A stretch of DNA of 64,000 bases from an uncultured bacterium (GCA_963824495.1 CAWGPQ010000005.1:52033-116032); one strand, 5' to 3'; shown: positions 30,101-39,586, counted from the stretch's first letter. Numbers and translations: made by a program. Notes: generated by a model not told the origin, from the sequence alone.

Positions 30101-32612
30101 TTTGACTGTTAATGGCGACCAGACGGTTAATGGTAATCTCACTGTTACAGGTGATCAGACAATAGACGGCGATTTAAGCGTTAAAGGAACTATTAGTGGT
30201 GAGGTGACATTGCCCGATACCGTAACCATTGGTTGCCAAACAGGTGAGGGTAGCTTAACTGTTTGTGGAACAGCAACAGTTAATGGCAATCTAACAGTGA
30301 CGGGAATATCAACATTTGATGGTGCCGTGACGTTTGCCGATAGTGTAACATTTGACGAGTGCATAACAGGTCCATTATGCACTGATGGTAATTTTACCGT
30401 TAATGGCAACCAGGCAGTTAATGGCAATCTAACAGTAACTGGGACATCAACATTTGATGGTGCTGTAACGTTTGCTGATAGTGTAACATTTGACGAGTGC
30501 ATAACGGGGCCATTATGTGTTAATGGTACCTTTACCGTTAATGGTAACGAGACGGTTAATGGTAATTTGACGGTGACAGGTACCATATTTCAGGGGACTA
30601 ACTCGGTAGTAGTAGGAACCACAACATCCAACAATGACGCAATTGCTCGCTTTAGTGGAACTACTGGTGAAGCTATCAAGAACTCAGCCATGATCTTAAC
30701 GGATCTGATAACGACGCCACAACCTTATGTAGCATTACAAGCTGATGATCTTGTTACGCCGAATATATCACTTGTGGTTGAGCCAAAGGGCACGGGGGCT
30801 TTAATTGCAACTATTTCAACGGGTATTTTTGGCAATGCCCGGGGTACTAATGCTGTTGACTTGCAATTGAGCAGAACAAGTGCAACACAGGTAGCAAGTG
30901 GTAATTCTTCCACGATAAGTGGTGGCGAGAATAACGCAATCACTGGGCCAATTACAGCTAACATAGCGGAGACAACAATAAGTGGTGGTAGCGGTAATAC
31001 TATAAGCGTACTTGATACAAGTACAGCAGTTGAAGCAACAATAGGTGGTGGTTCTGGTAATTCTATTACGTCGATCACTGCTGCTATATCAGATAATGCA
31101 ACAATTGCTGGCGGTAGCGGTAATACTATAGCCGGTAATGGTTCGACCGGTACTTCGGGTTTTAATGCAACAATAGGTGGTGGTTCTGGTAATGCTGCAT
31201 CCGCTCAAGGTGTTGTAATAGCTGGTGGTGAGGCAAATGCTGCTAGTGGTATCACTTCAACTATAGGTGGCGGTACGGGCAATTCAATTACCGGGCCAAT
31301 TACGGCTAACATAGCAGATACAACAATAAGTGGTGGTATTGGTAATACTATAAGCATACTTGATACAAGTACAGCAGTTGAAGCGACAATAGGTGGTGGT
31401 TCTAGTAATTCTATTACGTCGACCACCGCTGGTGTAGCAAATAATGCAACAATTGCTGGCGGTAGCGGTAACACTATAAGTGGTAACGGTTCAACTGGTA
31501 CTTCGGGTCTTAACGCAACAATAGGGGGTGGTCTTAGTAATGCTGTGTCCGCTCAAGGTGCGGTAATAGCCGGTGGCGAGTCTAATGCTACTGCAGGTAC
31601 CGATTCGACTGTAAGCGGTGGTACCAGTAATACAATTAGCGGATCAGCTACACGTACAGCAAATACAACAATAAGCGGCGGTAGCGGTAACTCTATAACT
31701 ATATCAGCTCTACTAGCCATAAGCCCTAGCTCGGGTATTAGTACGACAATAGGGGGAGGCCAAGGCAATCAAGTCCTCGTGACCAATTTTGGCACGAGTC
31801 CTGTTCTAACAAATTTTGCCACTATAGGTGGCGGAACAGGTAACAAAGTTAACGCTATCAACGTTATCCTTGACGAACCTACGTCTGCAAGTAGTGTCAC
31901 CATAGGTGGTGGCAATGGCAATGCAATAACGGTAGCTTCAGGGGGAGTAGCTGATGGTGCAACAATAGGGGGCGGTACGAGTAATGCTGCGTCGGGTACA
32001 AACGCTACGATTCCAGGTGGAGTAAATAATATGGCAACAGGTACTGCCAGTTTTGCGGCAGGTAATATGGCACAGGCAGTTAATAATGGTGCTTTTGTGT
32101 GGGCAGATGACCTTGGTGGTGGTACTGCCTTTTTAAGTACGCTTCCTAATCAGTTTAGCGCACGAGCTGTCGGTGGGACAGTTTTTGATTTAGGTGGTGC
32201 AGTTGGAACACCAACGGCAGGTACTTTCTTAATAGAAGGTGCCTTAACGGTAACAGGGGCTAAAGCGTTCGATATACCTCATCCAAGCAAGCCAGGCATG
32301 AGGTTACGTCATTCATGCGTTGAGTCTCCAACTGCCGGTGATACTATCTATAGGTTTAAAGTTGATGTAGTTGGTGGTAAGGCTATTATTGAACTTCCTG
32401 ACTACTTCCCTTATTTGAATGGCAATGTGCAGGCATGGGTTACTCCATGTAAAGGTTGTTTTGGTATTGCCAATGTAGACTGTGTTGGTAATGAAGTACA
32501 TATCGAGGCTACTCATGATGGAGCTTACAATGTTCTTGTTATTGGCACGCGTATTGATCCTATTGCTCGCCAAGCATGGGATGCTTTTGGTGTAGAATAT
32601 GCGGGTAAGTAG
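27168..32612 (+). CDS. Giant secreted repetitive fibre/adhesin-like protein 2
   Basis: Paralog of 20226-27032 with the same domain order; likely ATG at 27168 after AAGGGG; signal peptide ending TARA. Confidence 0.85.
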   Translation: MGIVKGNASKMLLVCLLAIARAYTARAESEHDAYVQINLDDGSVSSVEESLIDITELLPVLERIKSLAEDEDYVARFDNFYSSSDSQGNVLRKAQVYPQDALELVESSINVLDKHYDKMADAADLDSIVKTLGDYWSCLHDMHDTQDSIRSNKKSVINNQQIKKSSLDKIFLNDLKVRGNAKVCGNGQIESCLVVKGDTELGGELTVSKEALFEKDVTIAHDADLSVDGDLSVKGSTLLTTLKVEGSELVEGNAIFKDDVKIEGGLTIRGPLNLSTIGNVTFNDLAISHLTTHDSKIIGDETVIGNESVSGKLSVGQGAVFNDNVLVKGDCTVKGATSLDTLSAGTTRLGSTTIQGAETITGRLSVYDKAIFTDDVVLGTRASTTTVSGDLNTEAIHASGSVHVDGNVHVGNAVRIQSLTASGDVLVEGDALFKKNVILGDCGSTVKVNGVLEASALHVSGNELVTGNLDVAGTTRLAGVLAEGDATLRGTVILGDCGNEVTVCGPLSTQGLKVDGDAKVHDVLTVDGDTRLASLTASGDTALRGNVILGSCGTKITICGELDIPLPHKEEDHCGNEKVCGSLDVRGDVKIGCSTGPCSSRDCCVCPSPIPGGLTVCGLTNLKGDVSIGCPYGTGTLTVCDSTLFNGPVSFTQCITGPLCVNGDFTVNGNEVVNGNLTVTGDQTIDGDLTVKGTISGEVTLPDTVTIGCQTGEGSLIVCGTATFTDTVNFEGPVVFSGSTEFDECITGPLCVDGDLTVNGDEVVNGDLTVRGATNFQDNVSIGCPYGTGTLTVCDSTLFNGPVSFTQCITGPLCVNGDFTVNGNEVVNGNLTVTGDQTIDGDLTVKGTINGEVTLPDTVTIGCQTGEGSLIVCGTATFTDTVNFEGPVVFSGSPEFDECITGPVCVNGDVTVNGDEVVNGDLTVRGTTNFQDDVSIGCPYGTGNLTVCGSSLFNGAVTFADGVTFEQCITGPLCVNGDLTVNGDQTVNGNLTVTGDQTIDGDLSVKGTISGEVTLPDTVTIGCQTGEGSLTVCGTATVNGNLTVTGISTFDGAVTFADSVTFDECITGPLCTDGNFTVNGNQAVNGNLTVTGTSTFDGAVTFADSVTFDECITGPLCVNGTFTVNGNETVNGNLTVTGTIFQGTNSVVVGTTTSNNDAIARFSGTTGEAIKNSAMILTDLITTPQPYVALQADDLVTPNISLVVEPKGTGALIATISTGIFGNARGTNAVDLQLSRTSATQVASGNSSTISGGENNAITGPITANIAETTISGGSGNTISVLDTSTAVEATIGGGSGNSITSITAAISDNATIAGGSGNTIAGNGSTGTSGFNATIGGGSGNAASAQGVVIAGGEANAASGITSTIGGGTGNSITGPITANIADTTISGGIGNTISILDTSTAVEATIGGGSSNSITSTTAGVANNATIAGGSGNTISGNGSTGTSGLNATIGGGLSNAVSAQGAVIAGGESNATAGTDSTVSGGTSNTISGSATRTANTTISGGSGNSITISALLAISPSSGISTTIGGGQGNQVLVTNFGTSPVLTNFATIGGGTGNKVNAINVILDEPTSASSVTIGGGNGNAITVASGGVADGATIGGGTSNAASGTNATIPGGVNNMATGTASFAAGNMAQAVNNGAFVWADDLGGGTAFLSTLPNQFSARAVGGTVFDLGGAVGTPTAGTFLIEGALTVTGAKAFDIPHPSKPGMRLRHSCVESPTAGDTIYRFKVDVVGGKAIIELPDYFPYLNGNVQAWVTPCKGCFGIANVDCVGNEVHIEATHDGAYNVLVIGTRIDPIARQAWDAFGVEYAGK
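29051..29990 (+). repeat. 462-bp (154-aa) coding tandem repeat in fibre gene 2
   Basis: The SIGCPYGTG anchor recurs at about 29051, 29513 and 29975; gene 1 has a single such interval (24230-24692). Confidence 0.8.
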
Positions 32613-32654
32613 GTATGTATCTAAAGTGAGAGGGTAAGCGTGAGAGGATATAGA

Positions 32655-34736
32655 ATGCACATTACCTATGGTGTATTAGTAGTTGCTATAAGTGCTTTGC
32701 TTACGGCGAGCTTGTGCTGTACGGAGCTTGGTAGTACTCGTGATACAAGCAGTGACACAGGCTATGAAGTTGATACCAAAGATCTTATGGATATTACGGG
32801 GCTTTTACCCGTTCTTGAGTACCTTAAAACTCTTGATGGTCAAATCTGTTTTCGCTCACTTGACAGTAAGCCTTATGTGACTCAAGTTCATCGTGATCAG
32901 GTGCTTGAATTGCTTGATGCAAGTATTGCTATTCTTGACAATCATTGTGAAGAAATCTCCGATGAGGCAGAATTTAACCACATAGTTACTACGCTTAAGT
33001 CATATCTCAGTGAAGCACAAGGGCTTGATGGACTTATGCGCAAAAGGTCCCCTCTTAATCAAAGCTGTCTTAAGGATCTCGCCGTACGTGGTAATACAAG
33101 CGTTGGAGGTTCAGTAATCGTTAAAGGTGACACTAAGCTTAATGATCTTAAAGTCGAGGGAGTACTTGTTGCTCGTAATGATGTTACTATTAATGGCCAG
33201 TTATGTGTTCATGGACCGGTAAGCTTGGATACTATTAAAGAAGTAACGGCATGTGATCATATCGCTGCCTCGGCAATAGATGTAAAAGTGCTTGAAATCA
33301 GTGATAAAGCGACCATTAAGGGAGAGCTTGCGGTGACCGATAAAGCAAGCTTTAATAGTGTTGCTATTGATGAGGGTCTTTCTGTTAAGGGCGTTACGCA
33401 CTTGACTTCACTCGAAGCAAAGGACGTAACACTTGGTGATGCACACGTTAATGGAAGGTTTATGGTAGATGATAAAGCAGTATTTAATGATGCTGTTGTG
33501 CTCGGAAGTTCCCCTTCGTCTACGGTAACAATTTCAGGAAACCTCCACGCTGCAAGCAGTACGTTTGATAAAGCGGCAACATTTAGCGGTGATGTGATGC
33601 TCGATAGTATTACGGGTAACCTAAGTGTTGCTGGTACAAGTCGGCTTAATAAATTGACGGTGAATGGAGACACATTACTGCGTGGTAATGTAACGTTGGG
33701 TAGCGCTGGAACTCATGTAACCATCTGTGGTAAACTTAACACGCCATTACTTACCGGTTCATGTTCATGTTGTGATACACTACCTGATGTGCTGCCTGTT
33801 GAAGATATTCAAGATAATGCCAGTGGGCACCTTGATGTGCACGGTGGGGCAACTATTGACGGTGATCAGCGAGTTATGGGCAGTCTTGCAGTTGAAGGGT
33901 CTACAGTTCTTCATAATGCAGTAGCTATCGATTCTCCTGAAGGTCTAACCAGCTTAACCGTGTCAGGAGCTAGCATTTTTAATGGGCCAGTAACACTTGC
34001 CCAACCACTGTCTGGCCCGCTCCATGTTATCGGCGATGTTGTACTTGACGGTAATGTTAGTATTAGGGGTCGATTAACGGTACCTGAAGGTCAAATTTTA
34101 CCAGCGGAAAAGATACTAGCAGAATATGAGCAACACCAGATTGTGCAGCCCGTGCAGGTGGTTGAGAGTATTCCGGAATCCCCACAGGTATTTAATAATC
34201 CCGTAACGTTTAATGAAGATGTGACGTTTATGCAAACTGTAGCGGGAGGTATGGCTATTAATGGTGATGTTACTTTTAATGGTAATCAGCTCGTTATAGG
34301 TGACACAACGATCAATGGTTCTGCGACAGTTCATGGCGATGTTACCATTGGTTCTCAAGATGGGGGTAGTGAGCTTGTTGTATGGGGCCTCACCGATTTA
34401 AAGGGGCCCATAATAGCTTGTGGCCTAGATCTAGGTTGCGCACTCAGTAACCTTGTCAGTAACGCCCAAGTATTTTATGCCGGAACCGCAATAACAGATG
34501 CATCAGGTTCAAGTACCATTGAATTTAATGGCACATTTACTAGTAATCCTTACGTGATAGCTACGCTGACTTCGCCAATTATTGCACCAGCTCTTATAAC
34601 GGTTGACGTGCAGTCGCAAGATAAAGCAGTGATCACGGCATGGGATGTTCGTGACATAACGCGCAAAATACCAGGGGTTACGGTTAACTATATGGCTATT
34701 GCTCAAATTCCGGTTGAAGAATGTGAGGTTCTGTGA
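32655..34736 (+). CDS. Shorter secreted fibre-family protein 3 with a different C-terminal tip domain
   Basis: Signal peptide; N-domain LMDITGLLPVLEYLK similar to LIDITELLPVLERIK; beta-helix repeats; C-terminus IEFNGTFTSNPYVIAT...VNYMAIA resembling H-type lectin/tail-fibre tip domains. Confidence 0.8.
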   Translation: MHITYGVLVVAISALLTASLCCTELGSTRDTSSDTGYEVDTKDLMDITGLLPVLEYLKTLDGQICFRSLDSKPYVTQVHRDQVLELLDASIAILDNHCEEISDEAEFNHIVTTLKSYLSEAQGLDGLMRKRSPLNQSCLKDLAVRGNTSVGGSVIVKGDTKLNDLKVEGVLVARNDVTINGQLCVHGPVSLDTIKEVTACDHIAASAIDVKVLEISDKATIKGELAVTDKASFNSVAIDEGLSVKGVTHLTSLEAKDVTLGDAHVNGRFMVDDKAVFNDAVVLGSSPSSTVTISGNLHAASSTFDKAATFSGDVMLDSITGNLSVAGTSRLNKLTVNGDTLLRGNVTLGSAGTHVTICGKLNTPLLTGSCSCCDTLPDVLPVEDIQDNASGHLDVHGGATIDGDQRVMGSLAVEGSTVLHNAVAIDSPEGLTSLTVSGASIFNGPVTLAQPLSGPLHVIGDVVLDGNVSIRGRLTVPEGQILPAEKILAEYEQHQIVQPVQVVESIPESPQVFNNPVTFNEDVTFMQTVAGGMAINGDVTFNGNQLVIGDTTINGSATVHGDVTIGSQDGGSELVVWGLTDLKGPIIACGLDLGCALSNLVSNAQVFYAGTAITDASGSSTIEFNGTFTSNPYVIATLTSPIIAPALITVDVQSQDKAVITAWDVRDITRKIPGVTVNYMAIAQIPVEECEVL

Positions 34737-34763
34737 AAAAAGTTGAGGGTAAGTTGGGTGCCT

Positions 34764-35300
34764 ATGGCAAATCATTCAGATTCTTTACATGAATATCGTC
34801 AGAGAAGAAGCTTTAGCACGTCGCCTGAGCCGAGTGGGCATAAGCATCACGAATCATTACAACCTATTTTTGTAGTTCAGAAACATAGAGCAACGAGATT
34901 ACACTACGATTTTCGCATCGAGGTTAATGGTGTATTGGTATCATGGGCTGTGCCCAAAGGCCCAACGGATGAGCTTGGTGTTAAGCGTCTTGCTGTTATG
35001 ACCGAAGACCATCCCCTTGAGTACGCACATTTTGAGGGGGTTATACCACCTGGCAATTATGGTGCAGGAACGGTGAGAATATGGGATTCAGGTACGTATC
35101 AAAATATAAGAACTCGTAACGGCAGGCCTATACCTATGGAGGGGTGTATTCATGATGGTCTTATCGAACTATGGATGCATGGTAAAAGAATGAAGGGTGG
35201 CTATGCGCTTGTACGTTTGGCAAGAGATACCGGTAAGTATTGGTTGCTTGTTAAAATGGATGATTCAAAAATAGCCGTTCCGGAGAATCACAATGTCTGA
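34764..35300 (+). CDS. ligD: LigD 3'-phosphoesterase domain protein (stand-alone)
   Basis: FVVQKHRATRLHYDFRIE, SWAVPKGP, KRLAVMTEDHPLEY, YGAGTVRIWDSG. Confidence 0.93.
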   Translation: MANHSDSLHEYRQRRSFSTSPEPSGHKHHESLQPIFVVQKHRATRLHYDFRIEVNGVLVSWAVPKGPTDELGVKRLAVMTEDHPLEYAHFEGVIPPGNYGAGTVRIWDSGTYQNIRTRNGRPIPMEGCIHDGLIELWMHGKRMKGGYALVRLARDTGKYWLLVKMDDSKIAVPENHNV

Positions 35301-36216
35301 AAAGAAAATGCTTCGTCGCTATGGTCCTTACGTTGTCGAAATAACTCATTCAGATAAAGTACTATTTCCAGAAGATGGCATAACAAAATATGATGTTATT
35401 GATTATTATGATCATATAGCACCCATGATGATTCCATATATGAAAGATCGTCCGCTCACTATGCATCGGTTTCCTAACGGTATTCGTGGCCAAGCTTTTT
35501 ACCAGAAAGATATAGGCGAATATTTTCCTCATTGGATACAACGGATAGCTATACCCAAACTCAGCGGGGGCATTACAACGTATGTAATATGTAATAATAG
35601 GGCAACACTGGTATATATTGCTAATCAAGCATGTATTACGCCCCATATATGGCTGAGTAAGCGAGATAAGCTTAATTATCCCGATCGTATGATCTTCGAT
35701 CTTGATCCAGCAGATAGCGATTTTAAGCAGGTTGTTTTTGCTGCATTAGCAATTAAAGATCTTTTAGACAAGCTTGGATTAGTTGCCTTTCCTATGACAA
35801 CAGGCTCACGAGGTATGCATCTTGTTATACCGCTTGATAGAAAAGCTGATTTTGATACAGTACGTGATTTTGCTCATACAGTTGGTTATGTACTCGCTCA
35901 ACGCTACCCTGATCAATTAACAACAGAAATACGTAAAGATAAACGAGGTAATCGTTTGTTTATTGATGCTCAAAGAAATTCTTTTGGCGCAACAGCAGTT
36001 ACACCGTATGCCATACGTGCCCGCCCGGGGGCGCCCGTAGCAACCCCATTACACTGGCAGGAAGTAACGGATCCTCATTTGAGATCACAAAGTTATACTA
36101 TTGCTACTATTTTTAAGCGCCTTGAACGTGTTGATAATGTATGGAAAAATATGTCTCGTTCGATAGCTTCACTTGATAGACCAAGAAAACTTTTGCAGGA
36201 TTTTATTAATGACTAA
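35293..36216 (+). CDS. ligD: LigD primase-polymerase domain protein (stand-alone)
   Basis: DKVLFP, ITKYD..DYY, RFPNGI...FYQK, FDLDP, TTGSRGMH, YAIRARPGAPVATPL.W.E. Confidence 0.93.
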   Translation: MSEKKMLRRYGPYVVEITHSDKVLFPEDGITKYDVIDYYDHIAPMMIPYMKDRPLTMHRFPNGIRGQAFYQKDIGEYFPHWIQRIAIPKLSGGITTYVICNNRATLVYIANQACITPHIWLSKRDKLNYPDRMIFDLDPADSDFKQVVFAALAIKDLLDKLGLVAFPMTTGSRGMHLVIPLDRKADFDTVRDFAHTVGYVLAQRYPDQLTTEIRKDKRGNRLFIDAQRNSFGATAVTPYAIRARPGAPVATPLHWQEVTDPHLRSQSYTIATIFKRLERVDNVWKNMSRSIASLDRPRKLLQDFIND

Positions 36217-37057
36217 GTTTTTTTGCGGCATACGTACGTGCTTGGGGTATATGCTGGTGCTAGGATTTATGAGTGCTGATCTAGCTTTAAGTGGTATGCA
36301 CATGTCTAAACGAGAAGAGCTTAACAGAGCTTTGTCACATCAACTATTACATAAGAACCATGATCAAATAGAATCTCAAATAGCATCGTTACTTCAGCAA
36401 GGTGCTGATGTTAACTCTGTCGATAGCAATGGTGACACGCTCCTCATGCGCGCAGCATCTCTTAATAAGAGAAAAATTGTAAAGATGTTTCTAGAGCATG
36501 AAGCGAATGTTAACTATGTCAATCCACATAATGGTGATACGGCTCTTATTAAGGCAAGTAGCTGTGGCTCATTGCCAATCATTAAATTGCTTCTCGACTA
36601 TAATGCATCTGTTAATTATAAAAATCCTACTGGGCAAGCCGCTTTAAGTTTTGTGCTTCGTTGCCCAAGTAACAATACTGCAGAGCTTGTTGCACTGCTT
36701 TTAAGCCATGGAGCCTTTAGCACTCCTGGCGATAAAGAGAGCTTGAAGGAATTTATGACACAGCTCAAACTGCCACCGCTTAGTCTGGCAGTGCTGTTTG
36801 ATGCTCCCGATAGTGTTAAACAAGCTATAAGCAATCAAGCTAACTCACAGACAGAAGAAGAAGAAATCAGAGATTCTTACTCTTTGTTAGTGCAGCGTAT
36901 GGGCATGTATCTTTCCTCATATATCTGGCCATCAGCTAAAATAGAATCGCCGCTTAATGCCAAAGATCAATATCACGCTAACCATTATGGCACCGAGATT
37001 CAGGCACAAAGGTTTCAAGATGCAATAGCTGTCTTAGAAACAGCAAATGTACAATAG
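36209..37057 (+). CDS. Ankyrin-repeat protein with signal-like N-terminus
   Basis: GADVN..DSNGDTLLMRAA, GDTALIKAS, GQAAL repeats. Confidence 0.8.
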   Translation: MTKFFCGIRTCLGYMLVLGFMSADLALSGMHMSKREELNRALSHQLLHKNHDQIESQIASLLQQGADVNSVDSNGDTLLMRAASLNKRKIVKMFLEHEANVNYVNPHNGDTALIKASSCGSLPIIKLLLDYNASVNYKNPTGQAALSFVLRCPSNNTAELVALLLSHGAFSTPGDKESLKEFMTQLKLPPLSLAVLFDAPDSVKQAISNQANSQTEEEEIRDSYSLLVQRMGMYLSSYIWPSAKIESPLNAKDQYHANHYGTEIQAQRFQDAIAVLETANVQ

Positions 37058-37210
37058 CATAATTAGCATGATTGCATGAAGCAAGTTGTTCAAGGAGATT
37101 ATGTTAAATGAACAGCTCTACATTGCTTATCTTATACTACTTAGATAAACTGATAATAATTATTGCAGCATAATTATCAAGAACAATTTGAAGATTTAGA
37201 TATTGGATAG

Positions 37211-39586
37211 ATGAAATTATATATACTATCGCTTATGACTATCTTTTCCGGTGCCTTATTGGCTAACGATAGTAACTTTAATATAGCTCCTTCAGAACCA
37301 TTGATGCTTGAGGGAAATTATGAAGAGATACTTACACAACTCGAATCACAAAGATGGAAGAACAACGAAGACGGAATTAGCACCATTATAGCTCACTTAC
37401 CTGATGAGTTTTTAGACATATAACTGAAAGTACGATTGAAACTTCATTCATGCGTCTCTCGCAAATACCATCAACTATACCACTTATGCTTGTTTGCTAT
37501 AAAGATGATCTTCAGCTATTAGAGCATTCTTTATCAGCATTTAAAAGTGCTAGATCCCTTTTGCGTTTTTGTCTTATGTTTGACCATCACCATGATCTCT
37601 ATGTACTTGAACTTGAAGGATATTCAGCTGCAACACACGAGACTTCACATGAAACATATAACAAAGCTACTCATGCTTTCTATAAAAAATACGGCCTACC
37701 CTACGATCAGCTGCTTGCACAACAAGGGCAAGTAATTCTAAAACAAGCACGCACATATGAGCGGAAGCGAGAGCAAGAAGCGGAACAAAGCAAGACACCG
37801 CTCTCACAGCTGCAGCTTTTGCAGGATATGTGAAGGCAGGCGAAACAAGCCCCAGACATAGCTCTCACTGGTGTAATTGCAACGTTATCTGGATTTTTAA
37901 TTGGTTATTATGACGTTCCAAGAAGGATCGATGACCATATTTCAACGAAGATCAGTGACCTGATTAGATACTACAGGCAGGGTCAGGCTATGCATAATGT
38001 GAATTTTGGCAATCACGAACCTGGTGTTCGTAGATCTGAATTAGTGACCGTAGAGCAGGAGCCATGGGAACCTATAACGTTTGAAAGTTTACAAGATAGG
38101 GTTAAGCTTTTGCACGATGATGTCGAGCTTCTCCTGAATAAGTACACACAATATCCAACTCATGTTTTACAAGAGCTCATTTTCTCGTTAAGTAAAGAGC
38201 TTCGAGTGCTTAAAGATAGCACCAAGAATTGGCCCAATTTAGATCAAGAAGAGTGCATGAAATTAGTATCGAGTGCTGAGGCAAAAATCGCAACGTTATC
38301 GAATGTTGTCTTGTCAAGACAAAGCGATCTTGATCTAGAATTAAATGAATTAATGATATCCGGTAATTATAATAAATCTATAGATTCAGTTTGTGCACTG
38401 CTCGAGCAAGGAGCTAACCCAAACGCTTTTCATAGAGAGAGGAAGCTTAGGCTACAGGGGGGCGAACTATCCATGGGGGCTCTTCATTTGGCACTTATGC
38501 GGGGAAACAATACTACCAGCGATATAATAAGATTGTTACTTGAACATCGCACTGACCTAGTTTTTGATCCCACAAGTAAGGGCTTTAATCCTCTTAAGTA
38601 TGTTATTAGAGGAAATAAGAATCCAGCAGCTGACCCTATTCATGATGCTGGTGTTATCAAGCTTCTTCTTGATCATTGGGACTCGTATTCAAGGTCCACT
38701 GCGTTCACTTCCCCTATATGAAACAATATTTAGGGCTATCTTATGTAATGATCGAGATTGGGGTACTATTAAGCTTTTGCTAAAATATGGTGTTCTATCA
38801 AACACTATTGAGCACGTTGGTGGGCGTATCGGCGGACCTACATTTGAAGATCTTTTTGATGACTTAAAGCTCATGGGTGATCGGTATCTTGCTTTGCATG
38901 AACGCTTAAAGATACTTAAGCTCTTATTAAGATCTGGTCTGTCTGAGATGGCTGCGCTTATAGGCGTAGTTAAATTAAATGGGCCAATGCCACCGTTAAG
39001 TTACAAGTTATTATTACCTTTAGACCGAACTTTTCTTAATGAACTTACAAAACAAGATGAACGCTTAAGAGAGCGTGATGATTTGGGTATGGGACCATTA
39101 CGTTGGCTGTAGCTCTGGGTAACGTTGATGCTACCAAAAGGTTAATCGAAGTCGGTGCTGCTGTTAATGCTCAAGATGATGATGGTAATACGCCCCTGCA
39201 CTATGCGATGCAAAAACGGCTATAAGGATATAATTGAATATTTAATCAGAGCGGGCGCACAGTGTGCTATAAAAAATACTGAGGGTGATACGCCTTTAGA
39301 TAGTGCCGAGACGATTAAGCTGCATGGTCACGATAGGGAATCTGTAGCTAAAGCTGAAACTGCGCTTGAAACTATCAAGCATTTAGCGCGAGCTCGTTAT
39401 CTGGTATCTAGAGGTGCTTATAAGGCTTATAAAGAGCGTAAGGCATGGTGGACCATCGCAGATAGCCAGCTTCCGGATGAGATTGGCCGTTATATTGATA
39501 AGCTTGCTCATGGTGTTACGCCCAGCATATCACCCTATTACTATTACGATTCTACGCAAAAGCGTGTTAGCTTACAACAAAATTAA
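37211..39586 (+). pseudogene. Fragmented large secreted ankyrin-repeat protein with F-box-like C-terminus
   Basis: Signal peptide at 37211; frame changes near 37420, 38710, 39105 and 39213; in-frame TGA at 37831-37833 with the frame open on to 37990. A hidden ankyrin repeat (WAVALGNVDATKRLIEVGAAVNAQDDDGNTPLHYA) lies at about 39103-39210. Confidence 0.75.

Noticed and set aside
20226..32612. Diversity-generating retroelement (template/variable repeat pair) or prophage
   Set aside because: No reverse transcriptase; differences between copies are not evidently adenine-specific; both copies are coding; no capsid, terminase or integrase genes.
20452..34358. Many short antisense ORFs across the fibre genes
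   Set aside because: Expected from repetitive GTN/GGN/ACN codon usage; no independent coding signals.
37831..37833. In-frame TGA as stop-codon reassignment or selenocysteine
   Set aside because: TGA ends conserved genes at the expected positions (fsa, second ndk), and the same gene also has frameshifts, so simple decay explains it.
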